Shown piece after piece: positions 20,062 through 29,258 of a stretch of DNA of 64,000 nt (its first letter is position 1; each line of letters opens with the position of its first letter). Source of the stretch: Patescibacteria group bacterium. GTDB taxonomy: Bacteria; Patescibacteriota; Microgenomatia; Levybacterales; UBA12049. The notes below the pieces were generated by a model, which saw only the letters and a program-made list of their open reading frames with translations, did no database searches and was not told the DNA's origin. The stretch is taken from NCBI GenBank assembly GCA_038064195.1, contig JBBTTO010000003.1, positions 43,029 through 107,028 on the forward strand, given 5' to 3'. The position numbers and the translations under genes are program-made.

Positions 20062-20480
20062 CCAGACACCTCCACACCCATGCTGCGTGCAGCACCCGCG
20101 ACAATACGACTGGCCATCTCGACATCAGTTGTATTAAGATCTTCCATTTTGTCTTTAGCAATCTGTTCAGCTTGAGCCTTAGTGATCGAGCCTGCCGGTT
20201 CTTTGCCCGGTTTTTGTGAGCCGCCGCGACCGAGGGCTTTTTTGATCATTTCAGCCACGGGTGGCTTCTTGGTGATAAAGGAGAACGTACGATCTTCATA
20301 GACAGTGATGACAACAGGCAGGATATTGCCTTTTTGATCGGCTGTTTTGTCATTAAACGCCTTCACAAACTCCATGATAGGCAGTCCATGCTGACCCAGT
20401 GCCGGTCCGACAGGTGGTGCGGGAGTAGCACTTCCAGCGGGGATATTCAATTTAATTAATGTTTTTATCTTTTTAGCCAT
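20058..20480 (-). CDS. rplK: Ribosomal protein L11
   Basis: [32 protein letters not shown]... is the canonical L11 N-terminus. Confidence 0.95.
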   Translation of the reverse strand: MAKKIKTLIKLNIPAGSATPAPPVGPALGQHGLPIMEFVKAFNDKTADQKGNILPVVITVYEDRTFSFITKKPPVAEMIKKALGRGGSQKPGKEPAGSITKAQAEQIAKDKMEDLNTTDVEMASRIVAGAARSMGVEVSG

Positions 20481-20572
20481 ACCTTGATTGAATGATTTTC
20501 ACTGATTATGAACTGATTCTCACTGATATTTAAATATCTGTGTTAATCCGTTTTAGATCTGTGTAAATCTAT
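20481..20572 (-). repeat. 92-nt leader/promoter repeat, copy upstream of rplK
   Basis: Same sequence as 19970-20061. Confidence 0.6.
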
Positions 20573-20574
20573 TC

Positions 20575-21171
20575 TTAAATTTTCTGAACTTGTAAAAAAT
20601 CTAATTCAACTGGTGTTTCTCTTCCGAAAATACTGACCAGGACGCGTAGTTTACCACGAGTCTCATCTATGTTGTCAATAGTTCCTAAGAAGTCAGCAAA
20701 CGGTCCGTCAATAATTTTGACCGCCTCACCCATAACAAAGGCTGTTTTGTAGAGAGGCTCTTCCTGCGTCATGAACTGTTGGATAGCCTCAACTTCTTTC
20801 TCAGAAATCGGTGTCGGCTTGTTCCCGGCTCCGATAAAGGCTGTAACGCCTTGCGTCGTGCGCACCAAAAGCCACGATTCATCATCTAAGATCATTTTGA
20901 CGAGGACGTAGCCCGGGAAAATTTTCTCACTGACTTCTTCTTTTTTGCCGCCCTGGACTTTGATCGTCTGGCGGGTAGGGACGATAATATCAAAAATGCG
21001 TGTCTCAAAACCCATGGTCTCAACGCGCTGTTTGAGATTGCGAGCTACTTTATTTTCATGTCCGGCATACGTATGCACGATGTACCACTTAGCATCACTT
21101 GATGTTGCGGCCTCTTTAATTTGCTCCTCAGATGGTCCTGTTTTTTGTGGTGTAGTTATTTCGTCTGTCAT
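20575..21171 (-). CDS. nusG: Transcription termination/antitermination factor NusG
   Basis: NGN domain (KWYIVHTYAGHENKVARNL) and KOW motif (GEAVKIIDGPFADFLGTI). Confidence 0.9.
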   Translation of the reverse strand: MTDEITTPQKTGPSEEQIKEAATSSDAKWYIVHTYAGHENKVARNLKQRVETMGFETRIFDIIVPTRQTIKVQGGKKEEVSEKIFPGYVLVKMILDDESWLLVRTTQGVTAFIGAGNKPTPISEKEVEAIQQFMTQEEPLYKTAFVMGEAVKIIDGPFADFLGTIDNIDETRGKLRVLVSIFGRETPVELDFLQVQKI

Positions 21172-21207
21172 AAATTAGTTGATAGTTATTAGCGTATAGC
21201 GTTTAGT

Positions 21208-21390
21208 TTATTTAATTAAAACCTCTGTTAATTTAGTTAGAATAAAGTCAATTCCTCCTATATAAAGTCCGACGACGACGCTGATAAAAATGACGATAAA
21301 GGTCAAACGTACAAGCTGTTCGCGTGTCGGCCAGACCACTTTTTTCAGTTCATCAAATGTTTGCTGGATGAAAGCGACTGGAGTTGTCAT
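21208..21390 (-). CDS. secE: Preprotein translocase subunit SecE
   Basis: 60 aa (FDELKKVVWPTREQLVRLTFIVIFISVVVGLYIGGIDFIL) directly upstream of nusG. Confidence 0.8.
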   Translation of the reverse strand: MTTPVAFIQQTFDELKKVVWPTREQLVRLTFIVIFISVVVGLYIGGIDFILTKLTEVLIK

Positions 21391-21401
21391 AAACTAAAAA
21401 C

Positions 21402-21494
21402 TCGAAATCCGAATATCGAAATCCTAAACAAATTCAAATGTTCAAAATTCGAATTTTTGTATTTAGAATTTTGATATTGTTTCGAATTTCGTGC
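21402..21494. repeat. MITE-like intergenic repeat, copy 2 (same terminal inverted repeats as 1221-1320)
   Basis: ctcgaaatccgaatatcgaaatcc ... tgtttcgaatttcgtg, with an internal perfect palindrome aaaattcgaatttt. It lies immediately upstream of secE. Confidence 0.4.
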
Positions 21495-21682
21495 TTCGCA
21501 TTTAGGATTTAATTTTATCAGATTCAGCCTGACATGTAAAGTAGCCCCTAGACGCTACTTGCAATTTGGTCAGCAACGTTGCTATCATAGTGAATATTCT
21601 ATGGCCCCAACAAAGCTTACCTGCTCCCGAGGCTTACACCCTCGCATCGCAAGAGCGCTTATACGGGGCAGGCAAAGTTCAT

Positions 21683-22561
21683 ATGAAGAAAATTACTAAA
21701 GCAGTAATCCCCGCAGCCGGTTTCGGTACCCGCTTCCTTCCTCAGACCAAAGCCATGCCCAAAGAGATGCTCCCGATTGTGGATAAGCCCGTCATCCAAT
21801 ACGTCGTGGAGGAGGCAGTCAATTCAGGAATTAAGGATGTTGTGATCGTTACAGGCGCACTCAAGCGTGCTATTGAGGATCATTTTGATGTCCCGAATGC
21901 CGATCTGGTCAAAAATCTTGAGGCAGGCAATAAACTGGAGTTGCTGGATCAGATCAGAAAAGTAGCTGACATGGCCAATTTTATATATGTACGCCAGAAA
22001 GGTCCTTATGGTAATGGCACGCCTGTTCTTTCTGCCGAGTCAGTGGTGGGAGGCGAGTCGTTTGCCGTCCTCTGGGGAGATGAATTTATCTACTCAACTC
22101 CTCCGCGCTTAGCACAAATGATGGAGGTTTATGAGAAATACGGCGGTATTGTCATCTCAGGTGTACGAATTGAAAAGAAGGCTGATCTGAAGCGCTATGG
22201 TATTGCTGATTTAGAGCCGGTTGAAGGAAGAGTCTCGAAAATTAAAGCGATAGTTGAAAAACCTGAACCTGATGAGGCGCCATCTGACATTGCAACGCAT
22301 GGAGCCTATATCCTCCCGCCTGAAATTTTTCCAGCCTTAAGAGGGCTTGCTCCCGGTAAAGGGGGCGAGATCTGGTTGACAGATGCCATCAACGTCCTCA
22401 AAGATCAAGGTGTGCCTGTCTATGCAGTTGAGATTGAGAATGGTAAATATTATGATACCGGTAACAAGCTTGAATATATGAAGACTGCTCTTGATCTGGC
22501 CCTCGCGCATCCTGAGATCGGGGATGACCTGCGTGAGTACCTCAAATCCCTAAATTTATAA
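21683..22561 (+). CDS. galU: UTP--glucose-1-phosphate uridylyltransferase
   Basis: KAVIPAAGFGTRFLPQTKAMPKEMLPIVDKPVIQYVVEEA is the nucleotidyltransferase G-x-G-T-R motif. The track ORF begins at a TTG at 21566; the ATG at 21683 (MKKITKAV) is the likelier start. Confidence 0.85.
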   Translation: MKKITKAVIPAAGFGTRFLPQTKAMPKEMLPIVDKPVIQYVVEEAVNSGIKDVVIVTGALKRAIEDHFDVPNADLVKNLEAGNKLELLDQIRKVADMANFIYVRQKGPYGNGTPVLSAESVVGGESFAVLWGDEFIYSTPPRLAQMMEVYEKYGGIVISGVRIEKKADLKRYGIADLEPVEGRVSKIKAIVEKPEPDEAPSDIATHGAYILPPEIFPALRGLAPGKGGEIWLTDAINVLKDQGVPVYAVEIENGKYYDTGNKLEYMKTALDLALAHPEIGDDLREYLKSLNL

Positions 22562-22564
22562 AGC

Positions 22565-22918
22565 ATGCTTGAACATGAACATAGGGAGCCTCCTGAGGAA
22601 GAGGATCCCTCTTTCTATGATTTGAGTACTATTCAGGGAGAACAGTCAGGGATCCCTATGGTTGCAACCACACTTTCGGTTAATGATATAGGGCATGATA
22701 TGCTCACGACAGATGAGGGATTGGAGAACTTCGCAGCTATACACCCTTATATTCAGGAGCAAACACGGAGAGGAAATGTCGTTGCATTAGCCAGAAGAGC
22801 TTCACAAGCGGTTGTCACTGTCGCTACCAAGCCTGAATATATCGCAGCTGCGACAGCTGTTGCTGTCGGTGGAGTAGTTTTTTGGCATAAGTTCCATCAG
22901 AAAAAGGATAAGTCTTGA
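22565..22918 (+). CDS. Hypothetical protein with a C-terminal hydrophobic segment
   Basis: 117-aa ORF in the galU-PAP2 operon context. No motif recognised. Confidence 0.3.
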   Translation: MLEHEHREPPEEEDPSFYDLSTIQGEQSGIPMVATTLSVNDIGHDMLTTDEGLENFAAIHPYIQEQTRRGNVVALARRASQAVVTVATKPEYIAAATAVAVGGVVFWHKFHQKKDKS

Positions 22919-22938
22919 GCTAATTTCATATCGTTGCT

Positions 22939-23622
22939 ATGATATGGCTTATGCCCAGGAAAAATCTGTTTTTCTTAGTAACCGGAGGAGCCTCCTTTAT
23001 ACTTTTTGTTTTTTTCTCCTATCTTGTTCACAAAGATGTCTTTACCCAGTTTGACTTTGATACCACTGTTCGGCTGCAGGACATGATCAGTAGGCGGTTT
23101 GATGAGCTTTTTTCGTATTTCAGTGCAGTTGGTAGCTTTGAACCGATGGCTATTACGCTTGTTGTTATAGTAGTCGTGTGGCGAAAAATAGTAACCGGCG
23201 CTGCGCTTTTCAGCGGATTTGTCGCGTTTCATGTCTTTGAACTTTACGGCAAATATGTCGTCAATCATCCGCCTCCGCCTGAATTTATGCTACGGACGAA
23301 AAGACTCCTGGAATTTCCGCAGTTTCATGTCAGACAGGAATTCTCCTATCCTTCAGGTCATAGCGGCCGGGCGATCTTTATGGCTATTGTCATTTTGTTT
23401 ATTGTATGGAATAGTAAAAAACTCAAGAAGGAATTGAAATATCTGCTTACTATTGCTGTCGCGGGTTATGTAGTGATTATGATAGTCTCACGGGTCTATT
23501 TGGGGGAGCACTGGACGACTGATATTATCGGTGGAGCCTTACTGGGCGCATCACTTAGTCTATGCGCTTTATCTACCTATCGAACTAAGCGTTATCTTAT
23601 CCCAAAATCTCATCAGACTTAA
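22939..23622 (+). CDS. PAP2-family membrane phosphatase
   Basis: PAP2 motifs PSGHS and SRVYLGEHWTTD in a polytopic membrane protein. Confidence 0.7.
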   Translation: MIWLMPRKNLFFLVTGGASFILFVFFSYLVHKDVFTQFDFDTTVRLQDMISRRFDELFSYFSAVGSFEPMAITLVVIVVVWRKIVTGAALFSGFVAFHVFELYGKYVVNHPPPPEFMLRTKRLLEFPQFHVRQEFSYPSGHSGRAIFMAIVILFIVWNSKKLKKELKYLLTIAVAGYVVIMIVSRVYLGEHWTTDIIGGALLGASLSLCALSTYRTKRYLIPKSHQT

Positions 23623-23687
23623 TGTCTATTTGCTTGGCGAACTTTACAAAACAATAGTGTATACTAGCTATCAGCTTTGTAACAAAC

Positions 23688-25817
23688 ATGGCGTACCGAA
23701 TCACCAACAGGTTCTCTGATCAGTTGGAAAAAGTTATCACACTGGCAGAAGGAAGGCCATTTCTCTTCCGCTATGGTTTGACTGTTACTACGTGTCTGCT
23801 TGCATCCTTCCTGCTTTTTGGAACGCATGCCATTATCGGCCCGACTAATCCTTATCTTTTTCTTCTGGGAGCTGTTCTTGTTAGTTCATGGTATGGGGGG
23901 AGCAGACCCGGTTACCTGGCATTTCTCTATAGTGTGGTATTCTCCTGGTTAACCTATGTGCAACCGGCAATTGATGCGCGTGATCCGGCTCTTATTAGGG
24001 TTCTTTTGCAGGACGGACTATTTATTGTCGAATCAATCCTCGTATTACTGCTGGCCTATCGCCGCCACAAAAACTACATTGAAATGCAGGTGCGTACAGC
24101 TCAACAGGCAGTGATTGCCACGATCGGGCAGTACGGACTTGAGGAACAGAATTTAACGGGGTTTATCCAGCGCGTCATGCACGCTATATCTAAAACATTA
24201 GACGTGGAGTATTGTCAGGTTTTAGAGTTACTGCCGGATAACAAATCACTGCGCTTTCGTTCGGGAATCGGTTGGAGGAGAGGCTTACTTGGTAAAATTA
24301 TTTATACCGGGGATAGCAATTCACAGGCTTCATATACGTTGCAGGTTAACCGTCCGGTAATTTTTAGAAATCTTCAGAAAGAGCGTCGTTTTAGCGGAAC
24401 GGAATTGCTTGAGGAGCAGGAAATTGTCAGTGGCATGAGCGTAGTAATCCCGGGTTCGCCCCAACCATATGGAGTGCTTGCAGTCCATACAAAAAAACAG
24501 CGCGAGTTCACTCGAGATGATGTCAATTTTCTAACAGCACTTGCGAATGTTATTTCTACAACAATTGAACGTCGAACAATCAGGTACGAACTTGAATTGA
24601 TGTCAAGACTTAACTCCGAGCTGGTTAACTCACTTGATCTTGATCAAACACTTGCCGGAGTGGTCTCAAGTCTAGTTCCTAACTTTGCTGAGACTTGTGA
24701 GATATATATCAAAGACGCGGAGCAAAGGACAAGTTTATTTGAAGTTAAATCAACAGTTAAAGAAAAAGAGCGTCTTTTTCGTGAGATCGGCGATAAATAT
24801 CCGCCGCTTTTTTCCTCCAAGCGGCCTACTGCTCGTGTTTTGCGTAGTGGTAAGCCTTTGTATATGCCCTTACTTTCTTTATCTTATCTTGATGATGTAT
24901 CAACCGATGCTTATCATAAGAAACTTATCAGACAACTCGGACTTACCTCGATTATGGTTTTGCCGATTAAAGCACGGCATAAGATAATCGGGACAATAGG
25001 GTTTGGCTCATTTGATCGTGGCCGTATCTTTAATGAAAGGAATTTCCTGCTGGCTCAGGAGATAGCTGATCGTGTTGCTGTGGCGATAGATAATGCTAAT
25101 TTATATCAGGAGGCACGTAATGCTGTTCAAGCCCGCGATGAGTTCCTTTCCATTGCCTCACACGAACTCAAAACACCGCTTACTTCAATGCTCCTGCAGC
25201 TTCAAGCAGTTCTGCACAGTATCAAAAATGAGTCTCTTGCCAGTTTTTCAATTGAAAAGACTATGATCATGCTTGAGAGTACTCTTTCACAAAGTAAACG
25301 TTTGACACGACTTGTCAATGATCTCTTAAATATTTCACTCATCACCACAGGTAGGCTTCAGCTGGAGAAAGAGAAAGTTGATTTGACAAGGACAGTCAAG
25401 GATGTCATGCAAAAGCTCAGCCCCCAGATAAAAAAAGACAAGATCACTATTTCATTTAACGGCCCTGAGTCTTTAATAGGCAATTGGGATCCTATTCGTC
25501 TGGAACAGGTTCTCATCAACTTACTGACCAACGCGATTAAATACGGAGAGGGTAAGCCGGTTGAGGTAGAGCTTCAGGAGAAAAATAACATAGCACTGCT
25601 TCGAATCATTGATCATGGCATGGGGATTCCTCAGGATCAGCAGGGGAAGATTTTCAAACGTTTTCAGAGGGGGAAAGTTAAAGCATCTATTAAAGGACTT
25701 GGGGTAGGGCTTTATCTGGTTAATGAAATCGTTTTGGCCCATAAAGGCAAGATAGAATTGGAGAGTACTCTTAAGCAAGGATCCACATTTAGTATCGAAT
25801 TACCACTCTCAACGTAA
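23688..25817 (+). CDS. Orphan sensor histidine kinase (N-terminal membrane domain, two GAF-like domains, HisKA, HATPase_c)
   Basis: H-box SIASHELKTPLTSM. N/G boxes NLLTNAIKYGEG, IIDHGMGIP, GLGVGLYLV. N-terminal TM bundle. No response regulator nearby. Confidence 0.85.
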   Translation: MAYRITNRFSDQLEKVITLAEGRPFLFRYGLTVTTCLLASFLLFGTHAIIGPTNPYLFLLGAVLVSSWYGGSRPGYLAFLYSVVFSWLTYVQPAIDARDPALIRVLLQDGLFIVESILVLLLAYRRHKNYIEMQVRTAQQAVIATIGQYGLEEQNLTGFIQRVMHAISKTLDVEYCQVLELLPDNKSLRFRSGIGWRRGLLGKIIYTGDSNSQASYTLQVNRPVIFRNLQKERRFSGTELLEEQEIVSGMSVVIPGSPQPYGVLAVHTKKQREFTRDDVNFLTALANVISTTIERRTIRYELELMSRLNSELVNSLDLDQTLAGVVSSLVPNFAETCEIYIKDAEQRTSLFEVKSTVKEKERLFREIGDKYPPLFSSKRPTARVLRSGKPLYMPLLSLSYLDDVSTDAYHKKLIRQLGLTSIMVLPIKARHKIIGTIGFGSFDRGRIFNERNFLLAQEIADRVAVAIDNANLYQEARNAVQARDEFLSIASHELKTPLTSMLLQLQAVLHSIKNESLASFSIEKTMIMLESTLSQSKRLTRLVNDLLNISLITTGRLQLEKEKVDLTRTVKDVMQKLSPQIKKDKITISFNGPESLIGNWDPIRLEQVLINLLTNAIKYGEGKPVEVELQEKNNIALLRIIDHGMGIPQDQQGKIFKRFQRGKVKASIKGLGVGLYLVNEIVLAHKGKIELESTLKQGSTFSIELPLST

Positions 25818-25859
25818 AATTATACTAATTCTTTTGTTCTTTTGTAAAGGTGGGGGGGG

Positions 25860-27299
25860 CTAGACGGTGGCGTTGATATCGCCGATGAGGACCTCAAAGG
25901 GTAGACGGTAAAGCCCCCTTTCAACGCCGTAGTTCACACGATTAATGATGGAGGAGGTATAGTCCATGGAGAGATAATCATCCTTGGGACGGTAATACGC
26001 TCCCAGGAAAGCAAAGGCATCGACATTGCGATACAGTTTGTTGATAGCCTCATTGATTGACTTACCGGCTCCGGTAATAATGGCTAAATTCCAATCCGTA
26101 CCTACTGAGACAAGGTTGCCATGCTCATTACGGCGCACATCCCACATCCAGACATCTTTTTCGATCTCAGGTTTGTAATTGATGAGAATATCACTTGAGA
26201 CAGACTCATCTTCCTCATCCTGGTTCATATTAAAGATTCGGACGCTGCTTGCTACAGTTCCTACAGTAAAAGGATTTTTCTTTTTAACGATATTTTCAAA
26301 GAATGCGTTTGGCGAACCGCATTGTGCCATCTCTGTAAAGAGACAGTTATAGCCCGGGCGGTTAGAACAAAATTCACCAAAGTACATTTTGCCGTCTTTT
26401 TTACTAACTAAGATTGAAGCATCCCAGATGAACCAGCCTTTATGTTCTTTGGCCATTTCATCAACAATAGGCGGGAAAGCAATCTTATTGAGCCTTTCTT
26501 CCATATCAGTTGGGAAGACGAGGTCTTCGCTGCATCCTGTCTGAACGGAGATATTGCCGCTGCCAAAGGATTTATTCTCAAAAAGTACCGAGGTCGCGAT
26601 CGGGACACCATCGTAGTAATACTTTTCAGGAGTCAACTCAATAATGGAGGGGATAAAACGCTCCAGGATATATCCCAGTCGCTCATATTTGTCCGGGAAA
26701 TTCGTCAGAATTTCAGTAATTTGATTATTGGCCAGCTCGGGGTCATCGTTACTGGGGACATAGGTCATGGCACTATCATGCTGGCCTTTTAAGACCCAGA
26801 TATCTTTACTGTCTTTAAGAAATGTTATCCCTTCCTCAACTTTTTTAAATTCAAGGATCTCCGGAGTATAGAGTTTTGGGTAGTGCTCTTTGACAAATTG
26901 TTTGGCCCTATCCCGATCAACCTCGAAAAGAAAATCATCACGGGTTGGGAAGTTGCCGTGAAAACCAAGATCTTTAATTTGATCAGCCCAGCGAAAAAGA
27001 TTGTTTTCTTCAAAAAAGATGAACCACTCATCGGGGTTTTCGATTTTCTTCATTTTTTCAATGACAGCATGGGCATCTTCAAGCGGCATCATCCCCTGAA
27101 AAAGTTGCAGCCTGCGCTTTCTGTTAAAGTCTGTTTCTTTAGCAATTTCTCCTTCCATGACGTAGTCACTGATGTTTTGAATGACACCTACCATGACTTC
27201 AAAACCTTGCTGGTGGAGTTTGTAGGCGATGGGGAGTCCGAGGCCTGAAAAAGTGATAAAAATATACTTCATGAAGTGATAAAAATTAGTATTAAACAA
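25860..27299 (-). CDS. Divergent PurD-like (phosphoribosylamine--glycine ligase family) ATP-grasp enzyme, orphan
   Basis: KYIFITFSGLGLPIAYKL resembles the PurD N-terminus. WVLKGQHDSAMTYV resembles the lysine region. GEFCSNRPGYNCLF resembles the EFNCRFGDPE motif. No other pur genes are in the window. Confidence 0.45.
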   Translation of the reverse strand: MFNTNFYHFMKYIFITFSGLGLPIAYKLHQQGFEVMVGVIQNISDYVMEGEIAKETDFNRKRRLQLFQGMMPLEDAHAVIEKMKKIENPDEWFIFFEENNLFRWADQIKDLGFHGNFPTRDDFLFEVDRDRAKQFVKEHYPKLYTPEILEFKKVEEGITFLKDSKDIWVLKGQHDSAMTYVPSNDDPELANNQITEILTNFPDKYERLGYILERFIPSIIELTPEKYYYDGVPIATSVLFENKSFGSGNISVQTGCSEDLVFPTDMEERLNKIAFPPIVDEMAKEHKGWFIWDASILVSKKDGKMYFGEFCSNRPGYNCLFTEMAQCGSPNAFFENIVKKKNPFTVGTVASSVRIFNMNQDEEDESVSSDILINYKPEIEKDVWMWDVRRNEHGNLVSVGTDWNLAIITGAGKSINEAINKLYRNVDAFAFLGAYYRPKDDYLSMDYTSSIINRVNYGVERGLYRLPFEVLIGDINATV

Positions 27300-27381
27300 A
27301 TAGCAAAAAAACGCAATAGACCAATATCGTTTTTACTGATTCTTCGGCCCAAACGATAGAATTATTTTTATAAAATATGTC

Positions 27382-29061
27382 TTATTGCACCAGGAGAGAA
27401 TTACTGGTGAGTGTGGGATGATAGGTATAACCTGATCGGGTAATATCTATGATGGTACTGATGAAAGTTCCTTTTTCTTTAGTTCGTTGCTTAAAGCTTA
27501 CCTTGCCTGAAGTATTTGTCGTTGCTGAATATGAGTAAATAGTTCCTGAGGGAGTCTTGAGTTGTAATTTGACTGTCGCTGAGGAGAGAGGAGTGGAGGT
27601 CGCTTCATTTATAACAGTCACGGTAGTATTTATCCGACGATAGGCTCCTGAAAGAGTGGTGTAGGATAGGGAGATATTAGAGGCAGTCATAGTGGGTAGA
27701 GGTGTAGGCGTAGGTTTCGCGGTAGGCGTTGGAGTAGGGGTAGTAGTGGGAGTAGGCGTGGGTGTAGCACTCGGAGTAGCCAAAATAGAGACTGCTTTAA
27801 ACGTATTTATACGGCCGTAGGTAAAGTAAGTACCGGTTCCCGATATGTGATCAGCTGTCGTTTCGATTTGATTCCTGGTACATGTATTGGTCGCGCAGAG
27901 TCCTGTTGCGAAGATGAGAGCCGCTTCGCCTGCAACAAATGGTGTAGCCATCGATGTGCCGGAGAGTGTCGCGTAGGAATTATTATCATAGGTTGAATAT
28001 ATATTTACCCCCGGGGAAGCGACATCGACCCAACTCCCACGATTAGACCAAGTGGCCAGATTATCATTACTGTCGGTTGCGGCGACCGCAATGACATTTG
28101 GATAATACGCCGGGTAGGAAGGTGCAGTTGAACCGTTATTCCCGGCAGCTGCAACTACGACAGCGCCTTTACTCCAGGCATAGTTCACTGCATCAGAGAG
28201 GGCTTGTGAACTGCTGGAGCCACCAAGACTCATACTGATCACTTGCGCGCCATTATCTGCTGCCCAGGTAATACCATTTATAATCCATGAATAGTATCCG
28301 GAGCCATTGCTATCCAGAACTTTACCATTGATCAGACCGGTATTGTATCCGGCTCCGGCAACTCCTGTTCCATTATTCGTATTGGCAGCAACAATCCCCG
28401 CGACATGTGAGCCATGGCCGTTGTTATCAAGACTACTGGCATCTGTCGTGAAGTTGGCATCCAATATGACTTTGCCTGTCAGGTCAGGATGTGATTCGTC
28501 AATACCGGTATCGAGAATTGCTACCTTAATTGACGGGTCTCCATGGGTAATATCCCATGCACTTGCGCTCTGGGTACTCGTATTGGTAGCATTTATTTTA
28601 AATAACCCCCATTGTTGCGGGAGTGAGGGGTCGTTAGAGATTGACGTTGCCTGGGCTATGAAGTCAGGTTCCGCATATTGAACGAAGGGATTATTATTTA
28701 AGCTTTGGAGTACGAGATCTTTCTTATCTGAGGGGACGTGAATGACTTCTATTTTGAGCTTATTAATTCGGTGTTTGAGTATCGCGCCGGATTGTTTACG
28801 CACATTTTGCTTATCACTTTCGAGAGCTCCTGCTTTATATTTCACGATGATTTCGTCAGGAGATGAAGGAGCCGGAGGCGCTGATGGAGAAGATGGGGGG
28901 AGAGGTGCGATAAGGCTGGAATATGCAGGCCATGATGGAACAAAGATCAGGAACAGAATAATGACTGAGATACCTAACAAACGAGACAAAAATACATGTT
29001 GACGCATTCGAAGAGGAAAATATTCTTTGTGCTGTTTGTGAATTCGGGAAGGATGCCTCAT
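27382..29061 (-). CDS. Subtilisin-like serine protease (S8), signal-anchored, with a Pro/Thr linker and a C-terminal beta domain
   Basis: Catalytic triad motifs VAILDTGID, HGSHVAGIVAA and GTSMATPFVAGEAALI. PTPTPTTTPTPTPT linker. Confidence 0.85.
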   Translation of the reverse strand: MRHPSRIHKQHKEYFPLRMRQHVFLSRLLGISVIILFLIFVPSWPAYSSLIAPLPPSSPSAPPAPSSPDEIIVKYKAGALESDKQNVRKQSGAILKHRINKLKIEVIHVPSDKKDLVLQSLNNNPFVQYAEPDFIAQATSISNDPSLPQQWGLFKINATNTSTQSASAWDITHGDPSIKVAILDTGIDESHPDLTGKVILDANFTTDASSLDNNGHGSHVAGIVAANTNNGTGVAGAGYNTGLINGKVLDSNGSGYYSWIINGITWAADNGAQVISMSLGGSSSSQALSDAVNYAWSKGAVVVAAAGNNGSTAPSYPAYYPNVIAVAATDSNDNLATWSNRGSWVDVASPGVNIYSTYDNNSYATLSGTSMATPFVAGEAALIFATGLCATNTCTRNQIETTADHISGTGTYFTYGRINTFKAVSILATPSATPTPTPTTTPTPTPTAKPTPTPLPTMTASNISLSYTTLSGAYRRINTTVTVINEATSTPLSSATVKLQLKTPSGTIYSYSATTNTSGKVSFKQRTKEKGTFISTIIDITRSGYTYHPTLTSNSLLVQ

Positions 29062-29120
29062 GGGTCTATATAGGATTACTGTACAACTCTTTTTTCAGGA
29101 TTGCAAGATGGTCGGGGAAA

Positions 29121-29246
29121 TTACTTGAGGAAGAGGATAAGCCCGATATAGGCAATCGCGAGTCCTAAAGAAAGGACACTCAGACTGATAGCTATGATGC
29201 GCAGCTCGGTTGAAGAGAAAAGTGGTTTTTTATTGCTCAGTGTCAT
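29121..29246 (-). CDS. Possible small hydrophobic protein (41 aa)
   Basis: MTLSNKKPLFSSTELRIIAISLSVLSLGLAIAYIGLILFLK read from the minus strand between the S8 and L,D-transpeptidase genes. It is below the ORF-track size cutoff. Confidence 0.2.
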   Translation of the reverse strand: MTLSNKKPLFSSTELRIIAISLSVLSLGLAIAYIGLILFLK

Positions 29247-29258
29247 AGAGTAATGATA

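Noticed and set aside
25860-27299. Considered annotating the PurD-like ORF simply as purD
   Set aside because: There is strong divergence outside three motifs and no pur context. The family-level call is kept, with the functional assignment left open.
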